Positions 13,436 to 26,971 are shown, numbered from the whole stretch's first letter. The stretch: 63,635 nt of DNA, filler included, from Octopus bimaculoides (GCF_001194135.2; 3 parts of 2 records of this genome joined end to end with filler, not necessarily neighbours in it); one strand, 5' to 3'. Program-made: numbers and translations. The notes: generated by a model not told the origin, from the sequence alone.

Positions 13436-15258
13436 AGGTCATAATAACGGAAATTGACATTTAAAACTTTGAAACAGACTCGAATCTTATATTAAGTAAT
13501 ATCATTTATGCCTAATATACAAATAAACTTTATAGTTTGATAATTACATAATATATTCATTATATTTCCGTATCTGTATTTGTGTCCTGCAACTTAGATC
13601 GATAAAATAAGTAACAGGCTTGATGATTAAGTAATGGAAAGGATTTTTGTTGATTAAATAATTTCAAGGTGGTACCCCAGTATGACCGCAGTCTAATGCA
13701 ATTTGGAAACTTAATTCTATAGATAGGGATTGTTGCTTTTTGCATTATGTAATACGGTTAAAAATAATTTACTCACTTTTTTTTCGCTTTATTACATCTT
13801 TTACGAACGCGAAGAAAAAGCTATTTGTTTACATATAGAATTCAAACGGAAGTTGACATTTAAAACAGAAGCGAATCTTGTAATGTTAAGCATTGTAATT
13901 TATGTTTAATATACAAATAAACTTCATAGTTTAAAAAATTTTAATATTTTTTTTCTTCAATAGTAATATGACTTTTTATAACGTGGGCGAAAAAAATAAA
14001 CTGGACACAGTCCCGCACTTCTTCAATCATTATATTAAGTATATATACCCAATTTTCGAGTTCAAGCGGAACGTACGCATCACACTCAATGCACTCCGTT
14101 GTTACCCGGGTCGTTGATAACTATAATACCACGACCAACTGGTAATACAGTACATGCCTATGACAAGAAAAAATTGATTTGAAATTGTACCAATTAGTGA
14201 ACACGGTGTGCATCCCGACCAATGAAGGGAGACGCACCGTGGGAGGACTCATGTGTGCATGTGACCTTAATTTGCCCTCACATAAATGCGCGGTGTTGTT
14301 GTTGTCTTCATTGAGGTTATCAGGTTATACATTTGTTTTCCATCACACCACCCGTGTTATAATACACGCTCAACCACTGTGAAAAATAGGGAGACTGTAG
14401 CAAAATCCTTACGTACTTTGCGGCTTATGGAATGAGTAATAGGCATGAATATATACTAATAACGATATGTAATTTTGCATAAATTGGATTGAATAAAGGG
14501 GAAAATGTTAAAGGCAATAAAAGCTCGAAAAGTTTTAGTCATTGCTTCACGTCTTTACCACACTTGAACGAATTATAGGCTCTTACTGTGCTTAATCCTT
14601 GTGGAAATTTTATTGAATTTAAACATGAGACCGCTCGTTTGGCATTCCTGAGTCGTTTGCTACCTTGGAAGTCTACATGGACAAATTGTTTTCGGTGGTA
14701 ATGCTAGAAGCGATCACAATTATGTCAGAAAGACGGTTCATTAGTCAATTTTTTGTTACAAAGAAATGACATCACAATCCTTCAAAGAAATTATTTAATC
14801 ATGGCATACTGAAGACGTTCACATTGGAAGTTTAGTTGTGGCACAAAGGCCATTATTGACGAAAAATGTTCCAATAATTGTTCCAAAAAAGCATTTTTTT
14901 TTCTTCTTGGTCATTTTCTGTTGACAAATAGGGTTTTGTGCATCACAAATGCACTCATAACACTCCTTCTACATTGCTGCATTTTTTGACGCCAAAAACA
15001 TTAAAATTGGCATCGAAGATTTGAGATAAATCCAAATATTGCCCGAAACTGACCACAAAATTGTGCCACTCGACCTCGTTTTCGAGGTTCATTTTTGTAG
15101 TAAAAAAGAGTTGTGCAAAAAACCTTTTTCATTTGGTAGTCGAAGGATTACTGAATCTTTTGATATCCCATATGTCAAAATCGGCAACTCAGTTTTCGAA
15201 TCCATAAGGAATATACGCACCACACACAGAAACACAAACTCTGTTTTATATATAAATA

Positions 15259-15277
15259 CTAGCTTAAAAGCCGACCT
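15259..15277 (-). mobile_element. Probable Helitron 3' terminus (..GCTAG|T) at gap edge, abutting a Helitron-like 5' end running toward 14000
   Basis: Minus strand reads AGGTCGGCTTTTAAGCTAG|TATTTATATATAAAACAGAG. The hairpin is cut off by the gap. Confidence 0.4.
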
Positions 15278-16352
15278 NNNNNNNNNNNNNNNNNNNNNNN
15301 NNNNNNNNNNNNNNNNNNNNNNNNNNNNNNNNNNNNNNNNNNNNNNNNNNNNNNNNNNNNNNNNNNNNNNNNNNNNNNNNNNNNNNNNNNNNNNNNNNNN
15401 NNNNNNNNNNNNNNNNNNNNNNNNNNNNNNNNNNNNNNNNNNNNNNNNNNNNNNNNNNNNNNNNNNNNNNNNNNNNNNNNNNNNNNNNNNNNNNNNNNNN
15501 NNNNNNNNNNNNNNNNNNNNNNNNNNNNNNNNNNNNNNNNNNNNNNNNNNNNNNNNNNNNNNNNNNNNNNNNNNNNNNNNNNNNNNNNNNNNNNNNNNNN
15601 NNNNNNNNNNNNNNNNNNNNNNNNNNNNNNNNNNNNNNNNNNNNNNNNNNNNNNNNNNNNNNNNNNNNNNNNNNNNNNNNNNNNNNNNNNNNNNNNNNNN
15701 NNNNNNNNNNNNNNNNNNNNNNNNNNNNNNNNNNNNNNNNNNNNNNNNNNNNNNNNNNNNNNNNNNNNNNNNNNNNNNNNNNNNNNNNNNNNNNNNNNNN
15801 NNNNNNNNNNNNNNNNNNNNNNNNNNNNNNNNNNNNNNNNNNNNNNNNNNNNNNNNNNNNNNNNNNNNNNNNNNNNNNNNNNNNNNNNNNNNNNNNNNNN
15901 NNNNNNNNNNNNNNNNNNNNNNNNNNNNNNNNNNNNNNNNNNNNNNNNNNNNNNNNNNNNNNNNNNNNNNNNNNNNNNNNNNNNNNNNNNNNNNNNNNNN
16001 NNNNNNNNNNNNNNNNNNNNNNNNNNNNNNNNNNNNNNNNNNNNNNNNNNNNNNNNNNNNNNNNNNNNNNNNNNNNNNNNNNNNNNNNNNNNNNNNNNNN
16101 NNNNNNNNNNNNNNNNNNNNNNNNNNNNNNNNNNNNNNNNNNNNNNNNNNNNNNNNNNNNNNNNNNNNNNNNNNNNNNNNNNNNNNNNNNNNNNNNNNNN
16201 NNNNNNNNNNNNNNNNNNNNNNNNNNNNNNNNNNNNNNNNNNNNNNNNNNNNNNNNNNNNNNNNNNTATATATATAGTGAGAGAGAGAGAGAGGGGGGAG
16301 AGAGAGGGGGAGAGAGAGACACACACACACATACATGCTCTCACACATACAT

Positions 16353-16400
<48 letters not shown>

Positions 16401-17144
16401 GCAACACGCTCCTATAGATATATTCATATGTATGTATGGTTCTAAAATGTGCTAGATGAGAGGACTCTATTTAGGACTGTTGCAACTTTCATGGACTTAT
16501 AACAGGAATATCCTGTCAGCAAGTACATTGTGCGACATGTTTCATATACAATTCAAACAGGTGTGAAGGAAACTCCGTCCTTTCATGTTAATCCTTAATA
16601 GTCCCTCATTGTTTATGCCATTACCAACATCACACTTCAATGAGAACAACTCACAACATTAATCATTAACGTTCGTATACAATTAAATTTTAAACACACG
16701 TGGATCTCACATTTGGGCATGTTTCATAATTCACTTGAAGACATTATGAGTTAATCATCATATAGAATGATCAATGTGTTTGCGTTTGTTATAATTTTTT
16801 CCTTTCTTTCTACCATAAGCACAAGGTCTGAAGCTATGAGGACAGAGGCCTGGTCTACTATATCGTCCTCAGTGCTCAATTGGTATTTATTTTATCGACT
16901 CCGAAAATACAAAAGGTAAAGTCGAACTCGGTGATATTTGAACTCGGAACATAAAGAGACACCTCCCAAAAACAACAAAAAATAAAAAATAAAAAATAAA
17001 AAATAAAAATATCGCTTATCGTTTTCTCCGGTGTGCTAACGATTCTGCCAGCTCACCGCCTTCGCTTGTTACCTTCACTTGTGAGTCAATTACTTCAGCC
17101 TCGGTGTTCAACTGGTACTTATTTTATCGACCCGGGAAGGATGA

Positions 17145-17430
17145 AAGTGCGGGCTACTAACCCCAAGATTCCGAGTTCGATTCCAGGCAGTGACCTGAAT
17201 AATAACAACAACAACAACAATAATAATAATAATAACAATAATAATAATAACACCATCGCGAAATACCTTAGGAATGAGAAACCAGGTTCGAAATTTCCCC
17301 AAGACACCTGATGAAGGCTGGAGGGTATATCAGCCGAAACGTTGTATTAACAACAAACAAAATGAGGACAAATATCCGTCAAATGTAAATAATGTACATA
17401 ATTCCTCATCTCTTAAATATAGAACTGTAT
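17145..17430 (+). mobile_element. tRNA-headed short element with internal (AAT/AAC)n and minimal hammerhead motif, copy A (head 5'-truncated)
   Basis: B-box GAGTTCGATTCC ~17173-17184, AAT tract 17198-17250, then a conserved ~170-nt module shared with copies at 26681 and 63225. Confidence 0.75.
17303..17348 (+). ncRNA. Minimal type I hammerhead ribozyme-like motif (Penelope-type, palindromic stem III)
   Basis: GACAC-CTGATGA-A-GGCTG(10 nt loop)CAGCC-GAA-ACGT-T^GTATT. Core intact, stem II 5 bp, stem I with one mismatch. Confidence 0.7.
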
Positions 17431-17483
17431 TAGAATATTTGCTGAAGCCTATCTTTTATACCAAGACAAAACAATTATTATTA

Positions 17484-17571
<88 letters not shown>

Positions 17572-17947
17572 NNNNNNNNNNNNNNNNNNNNNNNNNNNNN
17601 NNNNNNNNNNNNNNNNNNNNNNNNNNNNNNNNNNNNNNNNNNNNNNNNNNNNNNNNNNNNNNNNNNNNNNNNNNNNNNNNNNNNNNNNNNNNNNNNNNNN
17701 NNNNNNNNNNNNNNNNNNNNNNNNNNNNNNNNNNNNNNNNNNNNNNNNNNNNNNNNNNNNNNNNNNNNNNNNNNNNNNNNNNNNNNNNNNNNNNNNNNNN
17801 NNNNNNNNNNNNNNNNNNNNNNNNNNNNNNNNNNNNNNNNNNNNNNNNNNNNNNNNNNNNNNNNNNNNNNNNNNNNNNNNNNNNNNNNNNNNNNNNNNNN
17901 NNNNNNNNNNNNNTATCTTTTATACCAAGACAAAACAATTATTATTA

Positions 17948-18009
<62 letters not shown>

Positions 18010-18011
<2 letters not shown>

Positions 18012-18960
18012 TCCCTTTATCACAGATTTTGTTGGAGCACTTGCGGCTTGCTGCCTGCAACCTATGGCACCATGCTATCCGTTCCTTTCAGCTATCTAAT
18101 ACTTTCCTGATTATTCTGGCCGTGCTAAGAAGGCAAACCTCTTGTAACTACTGAGCACTCTATTCCAATTTTCTTTATGTTCCCATTGATGCCTTCTGAT
18201 ACTGTTCCCCAGATTCCAACAATAATTGACACTATCTTCACCTTCTTCATTTTTCATAGCCGGGCTATGTCGCATAGTATCCAATATCATGATGTTGTTG
18301 ATTTAAGATATTGTGCCTACCGAATGTTTGTACTGTCTATCAAGACACAATAAGCTCCTCAAACTAACAATACTTTACTCAATATGTGTGCAGTTCCAAG
18401 TAATGCCGATCTTTGCAATGCACCTAGATTGTAGGGTATTTCTAAAGTTTCCAGATGTCTTTTTTAGCTTGGGTGGTATTGAATGATGACAACAAGGAAA
18501 ACCGTTATGCTTCACTCTCGTAGCTGCTACTTCTTAGCGATCTCAATTCTCAGGTCTCCATATTTATTAATCTTTTCTCTTTCTTCCATGATAATATGTT
18601 GATCTCCTAGCAATGCCACGTCGATTATTAGGCACTCTTGTTTGTCCCTCCTAAAGGTTACTATATCCGACCTTCGGTGCTCTAAGACTTTGTCTGGCAG
18701 TCAAAGTCCCAGAGGATTTTTGCCTTCCACTTTTCGTCCATTACCTTTTCCAGTGTATGTTAGTACCGAGTACCTGTTACCACGTATCCATACTTCCGGC
18801 ACCTTAGCCAGTGAAGATTTTGGGCTACCTTGTCGTGTCTGCGCTTGTACTCTTTCTGTGCAAGACTTTCACAAGCACTAACAATGTGAGTCACGCTTTC
18901 GACCCTCTTCCCACGCATTCTACAGAGATTCGTTTCACTTGTGTCATATGCATCCCTTAT
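18010..18960 (-). mobile_element. R4/Dong-like LINE 3' fragment in (TAA)n
   Basis: CRMRGKRVESVTHIVSACESLAQKEYKRRHDKVAQNLHW, WDFDCQTDKVLEHRRSDIV..CLIIDVA. Flanked by AAT repeats. Confidence 0.85.
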
Positions 18961-18974
18961 CATTATTACTATTA

Positions 18975-19861
18975 TTACCTCTGCCTTAGCGAAAGCGGAG
19001 GTATTGTTTTCAGTCGTGTTTGTTTGTTCGTTTGTTTGCCCGTGGGCAAGATATCTCAAGAACCGCTGGATGGATACGAATGAAACTTTCAGGGATATTT
19101 GGCCTCGTCACCGGCATGAACTGACTAAATTTTGGGATCGATCTGGTACCGGACAAGGATTCTGGACTATTTGTTATACTTACTTTACTTTACAAGATTA
19201 TGATCTTACGTTCACTTTCAAGTCTTTCTCAATTATCTCCCTTAAGGCTTCTTTCCAAAGTTTTATATTCGTTTCTCAATTATTAATTTTACTCGCGTCT
19301 CTATCTTAGTAGAAACTGGTGGATAACGAAATCAAACTTCATAAACAAACGGCAGCAAAACCGTTCAGAAATTAAATAACACTAACATATTCTTATAATA
19401 TATATATTACATATTATACATACGTATTAACACTTTACAGTAAACTTACATATTTACATACATCTATACATCGATCTAAAACAAGAGAAATATTAAAGGA
19501 AGGCCGGAATTTAAGAGAAGAGAAAACCAAAAGGTCTCATGCTATTCATTTAAAAATTCCTGAGTAGAACTTATTATTGTTGCCTTCGCCTTCGAAACTA
19601 TTTTGAAAGGTGAGTTTGTTAACTTTGGCTTGTATTTATTACTGTTACTAAATTTTCTACAGCCACCTTCACATTCCATGACTACCAATGGAATCGATCT
19701 GGTACCGGACAAGGATTCTGGATTATTTTTCCGGTTTTTTACTTAATTTTTGAGAGCGGTCGGGTTCATTTTTGATATTCTCATTTTAAAAATCATCTCT
19801 GGCTAATCGTTGAGAGGACGTTGGTGTTGCCTTGGCGGAGTTTTGCGCTCTCTGAGTGCTC

Positions 19862-19865
<4 letters not shown>
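18975..19865 (+). mobile_element. Helentron-associated non-autonomous element (HINE/DINE-1-like) with internal insert
   Basis: 5' TACCTCTGCC..GCGGAGGTA hairpin followed by a (TTTG)n tract. 3' subterminal GGCGGAG (19834) plus GCGCTC-tct-GAGTGC hairpin, in a T-rich site. Confidence 0.7.
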
Positions 19866-19922
<57 letters not shown>

Positions 19923-19939
19923 CATTGTTGTTGTTGTTG

Positions 19940-19973
<34 letters not shown>

Positions 19974-20964
19974 AAGCGGAAAACTGGCAGAATCATTAAT
20001 ATGCCAGACAAAATGCTCATCAGCATTTCGTGTGTTTTTTCATTTTGAGTTCAAATTTCGCCGAGGTCGACTTTATCTTTTATCTTTTCGTGGTCGATAC
20101 ACCGAGTTCCAGTTGAGCACTAAGATCGATGTAATGAACTAGCCCGTTCCCCCAAGATTTCAGGCCTTGTGCCTTTAGTAGAAAGAATTATTATTACTTT
20201 TGTTGTTGTATGACGCTAGATCTCTTTACGTGCGAAGAAAGGATAAATACGATTGTGTAATGGTCATACTGTTCTCAGGGGAGATTTCTAAAGTAAGAGA
20301 GAGAGAGAGGGAGAAGGAGACGAGAGAGGTAGGAAGGAAAGAATGAGAGAGAAACAGATAGAAAGTGTGAGTGAGAATGGTGGGAGTGAAAAAGAGAGGG
20401 ATAGAGAGTGAGAGAGAGAGCGAGAAAAATGGAATGGACAGGGAAAATTTTTTAAAAAATGGCATGAAGATCGGGAGAGTTGTGTGTGGCTATCTTTGAC
20501 AAGACTTGTCATAAGGGAGAGAAAATGAAAAAAAAAAAAAAAAAAAAAAAAAAAAGGACCCAAAGCCCACAAACAAAAACAAAAAAACAAAAAACAAAAA
20601 GAAACAAAACTGTCGCAAAAACAATCGCTATCATGAAAAACGATATCTGCTAAACAACACAACAATAATAAACAACGCAACAACTACACACACACACACA
20701 CATACACACACATAAGACTAAATGAAACAGCATCCCTAGTCCTTCCGATGAATAAATAAATAAGTAAATAAATAAATAAGTAAATAAATAAATAAATAAA
20801 TAAGTTGCAATATTGTTATATTAATTCTGAAGCAAAACCACGCAAGAAAAACTGTTACCTGCGTTATGGAGCGCCGAAGATAACAATAACACTTTTTATT
20901 GTATCCCACGTGTTTGCTTGTTTGAGTGTTTGTTTGTTTGCTTGTGTCACTGCGTATGTTTGTT

Positions 20965-21025
<61 letters not shown>

Positions 21026-21466
21026 GTGAATGTGCGTGTATAAGCGGATACATTTAGATAGGTATTAGTATGCATACATACACACACATACACAGAGTAT
21101 GTGTGTATATATACATTCGATTCTGTACCAAGTACGAGGATACACATATACACATACATGCATACACACACACATACACACACACACACACATACACACA
21201 CACACACACATACACACACACACACACGATATTTTGCCAAAAGTAGCTTTACTGTACCATTGGTTACTGACATACTTTGATCAATGAAAATACCGAAAAG
21301 AAAGTGAAAAGAATTCAAGATACATGCATACATTCATACATATATAGATATATATATATATACTTACATATATGCCTGATAATATATATACATTCACACA
21401 CAAACATATACATACATGCATACATATATACATACATATATACACACACTCACACATATGTGTGTG

Positions 21467-21498
<32 letters not shown>

Positions 21499-22049
21499 TG
21501 TATGTATATAGGCACACACACATAAGAACAGTAAATAATTTGACATTGCAACTCCCAAAGGACTAGGACCGATGTGGGAATCTGATAGCTATGATATAAT
21601 GCTTGCAGGGAATTGGGATTAAATAGAGGGGGAAAAGCAGAAGACCAACAATAAAATACACTAAGAATAAGAAGTAAAAAAATAGAATGCGTATGAGGTG
21701 ATCAGTGCGCTTTCTTTGGACAGGTTAAAGAAGTGGTTAGAAGAAAAATTATGTGTCGATCAGTCTGATGCACTCTAGAATTTGTGTGTGTATATGTGTA
21801 AGTGTGTGTGTGTTTTGTGTATGTGTGAGTACTGTATTTACGAAAGGAATATGTGCATATGTGATGTACAATTATTTTATATGCAATGTGTAACGTGGAC
21901 TTACATTTTTTTTCTGTTTGCTCAACATAAAATTATAATATATGATAGATTGTTGTTTCAAGATGACCTCTTATCTATAATATTCCTCCATATATTCATG
22001 GTTTATGAGTTCAAATCCGTTGTTTGTATCTTGAAGTGTTGCTGAGACT

Positions 22050-22900
22050 GTCAGTTGACTTCATAATGCTGTTTCAGTCATTCTAATTAATTAATCTGGT
22101 TCAGTAATCTGGTGTCCCTACAGCGACATAGTCACTCTCTTTGTGTTTTATCTGAATTAACCGCGCTTATTACAAAATTGTAGTCTTGCATAACAAACCA
22201 CCCAACAAGGCATCCTGCGATATCCATATCACTTTACCTTACAAAATCTTTAAACTCTATCGAGGTATGATCTAAATGTGAAGATTTGGTTTTTCAAGTA
22301 ATACTGAAAAATTCAAGAAACCCAGGTAATACCTGTCAAATAATTCAAACTGTTTGAGTAGGTTTAATAGGTTTTACTCCTCCTCTTCTAATATCTACTC
22401 ACAATCTCAGCGTGTATCTAAGATGCCATCCCACTCTCCCGTTAATACTAATAAGCGAGATATTTGCAGGAAATTTGGTCGTTTGCTCTAGAATTATTAC
22501 TCTTAATACACCATCTTCACTATTGTACATGTCGAGAACAGCCAATCTATTTTTCTGATCCAGGAAGATTATTATTTTCTTGTGACTCTGCTATTCCGTC
22601 ACAACACTTCCACTTTATTCAATATGGGTTCAATAAACGATGTGTAAGCCGCTTTTTGACTCAGAAAAAGCGCTCCGGAAATCCTGGTCTCACTGATGAC
22701 TACTACATCTATGCTTATTAATTGTAACTGTAAATGGTTTGTTTTGAATTATACAGTTTAGCCTAACTCCTCCTGTGAGGTAATATTTATTTTGGTGCAT
22801 GTTTTACATATTTTAATCACCAAAACCATCCAGACTATTGGAGTTCGTGCAACAATTGACTTTATTCTACCTTCCGTAGAGTACCTACAGATGCGGAAGA
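22050..22900 (-). mobile_element. Highly degenerate RTE-like AP-endonuclease fragment
   Basis: IDVVVISETRISG, DGVLRVIILE, HKE..TPD..TRLIN resemble RTE endonuclease motifs. Many stops. Confidence 0.4.
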
Positions 22901-23403
22901 TCGCCATCTTGTCCACCTTCCTTAGTCAGTTTTTTATCACATTATACCTATGTGCAACCCGAAGGCTGAGCCTTTTCCTCTTCTTTTTGGTATTTGCACT
23001 AATACGATGTTTTTCAATGCTCCTTTTATGATAGAAAAAAATTTTTCAATATCCACCAACAAATTCCATTCTCATTGGTATAAACATGAAACTGTCTCTT
23101 ACGCTTGTTGTCAGCTGCTTAACAAAGCAAGTAACAGCAATATTATACAAAAAGTCGCTAATGGGGAATAATCAACAATAATTCAATATAATATTTTGAG
23201 CAACCACCACCNNNNNNNNNNNNNNNNNNNNNNNNNNNNNNNNNNNNNNNNNNNNNNNNNNNNNNNNNNNNNNNNNNNNNNNNNNNNNNNNNNNNNNNNN
23301 NNNNNNNNNNNNNNNNNNNNNNNNNNNNNNNNNNNNNNNNNNNNNNNNNNNNNNNNNNNNNNNNNNNNNNNNNNNNNNNNNNNNNNNNNNNNNNNNNNNN
23401 NNN

Positions 23404-23497
<94 letters not shown>

Positions 23498-25769
23498 TGT
23501 GTATATATCAATATATATACATACAGACATGTACATATATACTCACTCGTATATATACATATATGCATATTTATGAGCGTGTGTGTGTATAATGAAAACA
23601 CGATAACTTTTGAAATAATAGTTATATCCTTTTTTATCCAGATATATGGAATAACAAAAAAAAAAATAATAATATCAAATTTAGTTCGTCACATCTCTTC
23701 CAAATAGTTTCACTCGTTGAGTTATTCAAGGAGAATGTGTAGCTTGTTTTCTAAATATCTTTAAAAGCTTTAAAGCTAATGACATGTCTTTGTACAACAG
23801 CGTTACAGTGATCAATAATCAGTCCTTTAAACATGGCTTAGATTTAAATTGTTTTTCATTGTTGATTTGTTGTTGCTCAATAGTTAAACCTGAGCATTTA
23901 TAAAGAGAAAATATCTTAAATATTTCAATAGGTAAACTCGTTAGAACGCTGGGCAAAGACACTTAGTAGCATTTCGTCCGTCTTTAAATTCTGAGGCTGA
24001 GTTTATCTTTCGTGGTCGATAAAATATGTTCCTGTTGAGCACTGGGGCCGATGTAATCGACTCATTCCTTACTCCTATCCCAAAATTGCTTGCCTTTTAC
24101 CAAAATTTGAAGCCAATTTCATGTAGACTCATTACTGCACATATTGCTATATGTCCATTTAACGGAACTTTTCTGGTATTCTCATAATTAACTTGCTGCC
24201 GGTGTACTATCATTCGATTGCAGAATAGCAATCTGGTTTATCTGATCTAATTTTCCAGACAGTCAAGCACTTTATTTTATAGATTAAACTTAGCCAATTT
24301 GTTCTTCTGCATTTTGTACTAACAGCGTTAAAAATAGAAGAGCAACTAGCAGTCAGGTTTAATATGTAAGAATTATGTAACATGTTGGAAGTATAATGAT
24401 TAGATCAACATATTTTACTAAAAGTAGAATTGGGCACATCTAGAACAAACATCAATAACAACTAAAATTTGCTTTTGGGATTATAATCAAATGCAATAAA
24501 ACCCGTCATTTAACATTTATGAAAAATAGCTGAACTGCACTCCATTAATTTTACCTTGTAGACTGCATATTAAAGCACTAACAGATGACATAGAACAACA
24601 AAAACAACAGAAAAAATATCTTTGAATAAGATGAACATGAATGTAGAGCTACTAAGATTAAGAACCATAATATGTACATGAAAATACAATGCTACTGATT
24701 ATCAACTAAGAGAAATCCCGAATGATCGCTTTCGCAAAGTAAATTGAAATTCTGGAAGCAAGACTGCAAAAATCCCAAATTTATATCACTCCAATGATAG
24801 AAAAAGAAAGAAAATTGGTTCTTATGTTATAAGGATGAATTTTAGAAGGAATACAACTTGGACAAGTCGTAAAGAAAATTAATAAAGCAAAGATATATGA
24901 TGAAACAGTAAGACAATCGTACATAAATTCAGCACACCAAAGATGCAACCTAAAGTTTAATCATTACAAAATAGCAAGAGTCGACACGAATAGAAAAGAC
25001 ACTCAAAAATTACAGTACAAGCAACCATTTTCTATAGCGAACTAAAATCAATGAAATATATAAAGAACATTCTGGCTTTGTACCAAAATTTGAAACCAAT
25101 ATATAACATTTACGTAACAGAAATTCTCCGAGATTGAGAGTAAATCTATTGGAAACGCGGGAAAATCAAACTGAAATTATGAATAGAATAACCTTACTAG
25201 AAACTGCTTTGAACAAGTATTAACTGTAGGATGTGGGATAAATTCCATAAATCAACTCAGAAAAATCACTAAAATAAGTAACACAACGGCGTTTCAGCAT
25301 ATACTGAATACGAGAAACAGATGGTTATAAAATTTATCAAATTACCAAATAAATAAATAAATATAATATTAAACGCTATTGAAAGGAACATATTAAGTGG
25401 GGTTGGGGGCTGACATTTGCACCTTCTTCCTCAAAGTCTAACTTTCCTGAAATGAAAGGTGTCAGTAAAGAACTCTGGTGAAAAGTCAGGCTAGCGATTT
25501 TTTTTTTATTTTGTTGAAAATGTTGACAATTTATAAATGCATATTTTGAACGGAGGGTTTAGTCGATTATATCGACCTCAGTACTTGACTGGTACTTATT
25601 TTATCGGCTCTGAAATGATAAAAGGCAAAATCATTTTCGGAAGTGTTTGAACTCAGAACGTAATAAGCCGTAAGAAATGCCGTTAAGCATTTTGACTGAC
25701 GTGTTCGCCGTTCTGTAAAAGAGGCAACAATAATTACTATTAACAAATAGTGATTTTTGTTCAAAGAAA

Positions 25770-26210
25770 GAAAGGAATTATACCCTAATAAGTGATTTTT
25801 ATCTATACACTATAAATGATAAACAGCTGGAAACATTACTACAGACAGTACATGGATTTACCAAAGAAATAAACATGAAATTTGGTTTAGAAAAATGTGC
25901 CAAAGCANNNNNNNNNNATTTACCAAAGAAATAAACATGAAATTTGGTTTAGAAAAATGTGCCAAAGCAACCTTGAAAAGAGGAAAACTAGTTAAGAGTA
26001 GCAACACCACACTAAATAAAGCAAATGAAATAAGAGAATTACGCCAAAGTCAGACATACAAATATTTAGGAATCAATGAACTAGATACGATACAACATAT
26101 ACAAAGGAAAGAAAAAACAAAAAAGAATACTATAGACGAGTTAGATTAATGCTGAAAACAGAGCTCAATGCGAAAAACAAGATTATAGGTATCAACTCTC
26201 TAGCTGTCCC
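25770..26210 (+). mobile_element. R4/Dong-like reverse transcriptase fragment
   Basis: VHGFTKEINMKFGLEKCAK..YKYLGI..KEYYRRVRLMLKTELNAKNKIIGINSLAVP. Cut by the tRNA-headed element at 26211. Confidence 0.85.
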
Positions 26211-26212
26211 AC

Positions 26213-26289
26213 GAGCATATGGCGTAGTGGTTAAGAACGCGGGCTACTAATCCCAAGATTCCGAGTTCGATTCCAGGCAGTGACCTGAA

Positions 26290-26358
<69 letters not shown>

Positions 26359-26818
26359 CGGGCTGATTACTACCTAGCTCAGATACCAGGAAACCCCAAA
26401 ATGGCTGAAGTTCAAAAGATAGTGCTCATGGGAACTGCCCATATCCTACGTAAAATACTGTCTATGTGATCTCAAATTTCAAAACAAACACATAATTTTC
26501 TTATGGTTTCTTAAACATTCATTAGAACAAAACTGTACAAATCCAAATATATGGCACCCTAGGCATAACACCTACATGAACTTCTAACTTGTTGTCTCTT
26601 GAGGTCTCTGGGTGAGACTTGCATCCAACTTGTACAAATGCAAAGCAAAAGTCAAACATAAAATAATAATAATAACAGCAACATCGAAAAATACTTTAAG
26701 AATGAGAACTCAGGTTCAAAATTTCCCCAATGAAGGCTGGAGGGTATATCAGCCGAAACGTTGTGTTAACAACAAATAAGATGAGAACAAATATCCGTCA
26801 AATGTAAATAATGTACCA
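26213..26818 (+). mobile_element. Same tRNA/AAT/hammerhead element, copy B, full head, interrupted by a Dong-like 3' end
   Basis: A-box TGGCGTAGTGG and B-box GAGTTCGATTCC in a tRNA-Arg-like head (26213-26287), AAT tract, LINE 3' end 26357-26662, module 26681-26818. The hammerhead core has a 9-nt deletion. Confidence 0.75.
26357..26662 (+). mobile_element. Dong-like LINE 3' end (ORF end + 3' UTR) inside an (AAT)n tract
   Basis: QIPGNPKMAEVQKIVLMGTAHILRKILSM* followed by a UTR nearly identical to 63398-63635 (minus strand). Confidence 0.85.
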
Positions 26819-26934
26819 CTTACAAGGCTTTAGTCGACCCGAGGCTATAGTAGAAGACACTTGCCGAAGATGCCACGCAGTAGGGATGAACCCAGAACCA
26901 TGCGGTTGTAACCACACAGCCATTCCTGCGCCTA

Positions 26935-26971
<37 letters not shown>

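Noticed and set aside
25853-25970. ~50-bp tandem duplication in the RT fragment (also 17450-17480 versus 17914-17945)
   Set aside because: The copies flank an N-gap, the signature of an unmerged contig overlap.
26213-26287. tRNA gene
   Set aside because: A/B boxes are present but the acceptor and anticodon stems are poor and it runs into an AAT tail. It is a SINE head, not a functional tRNA.
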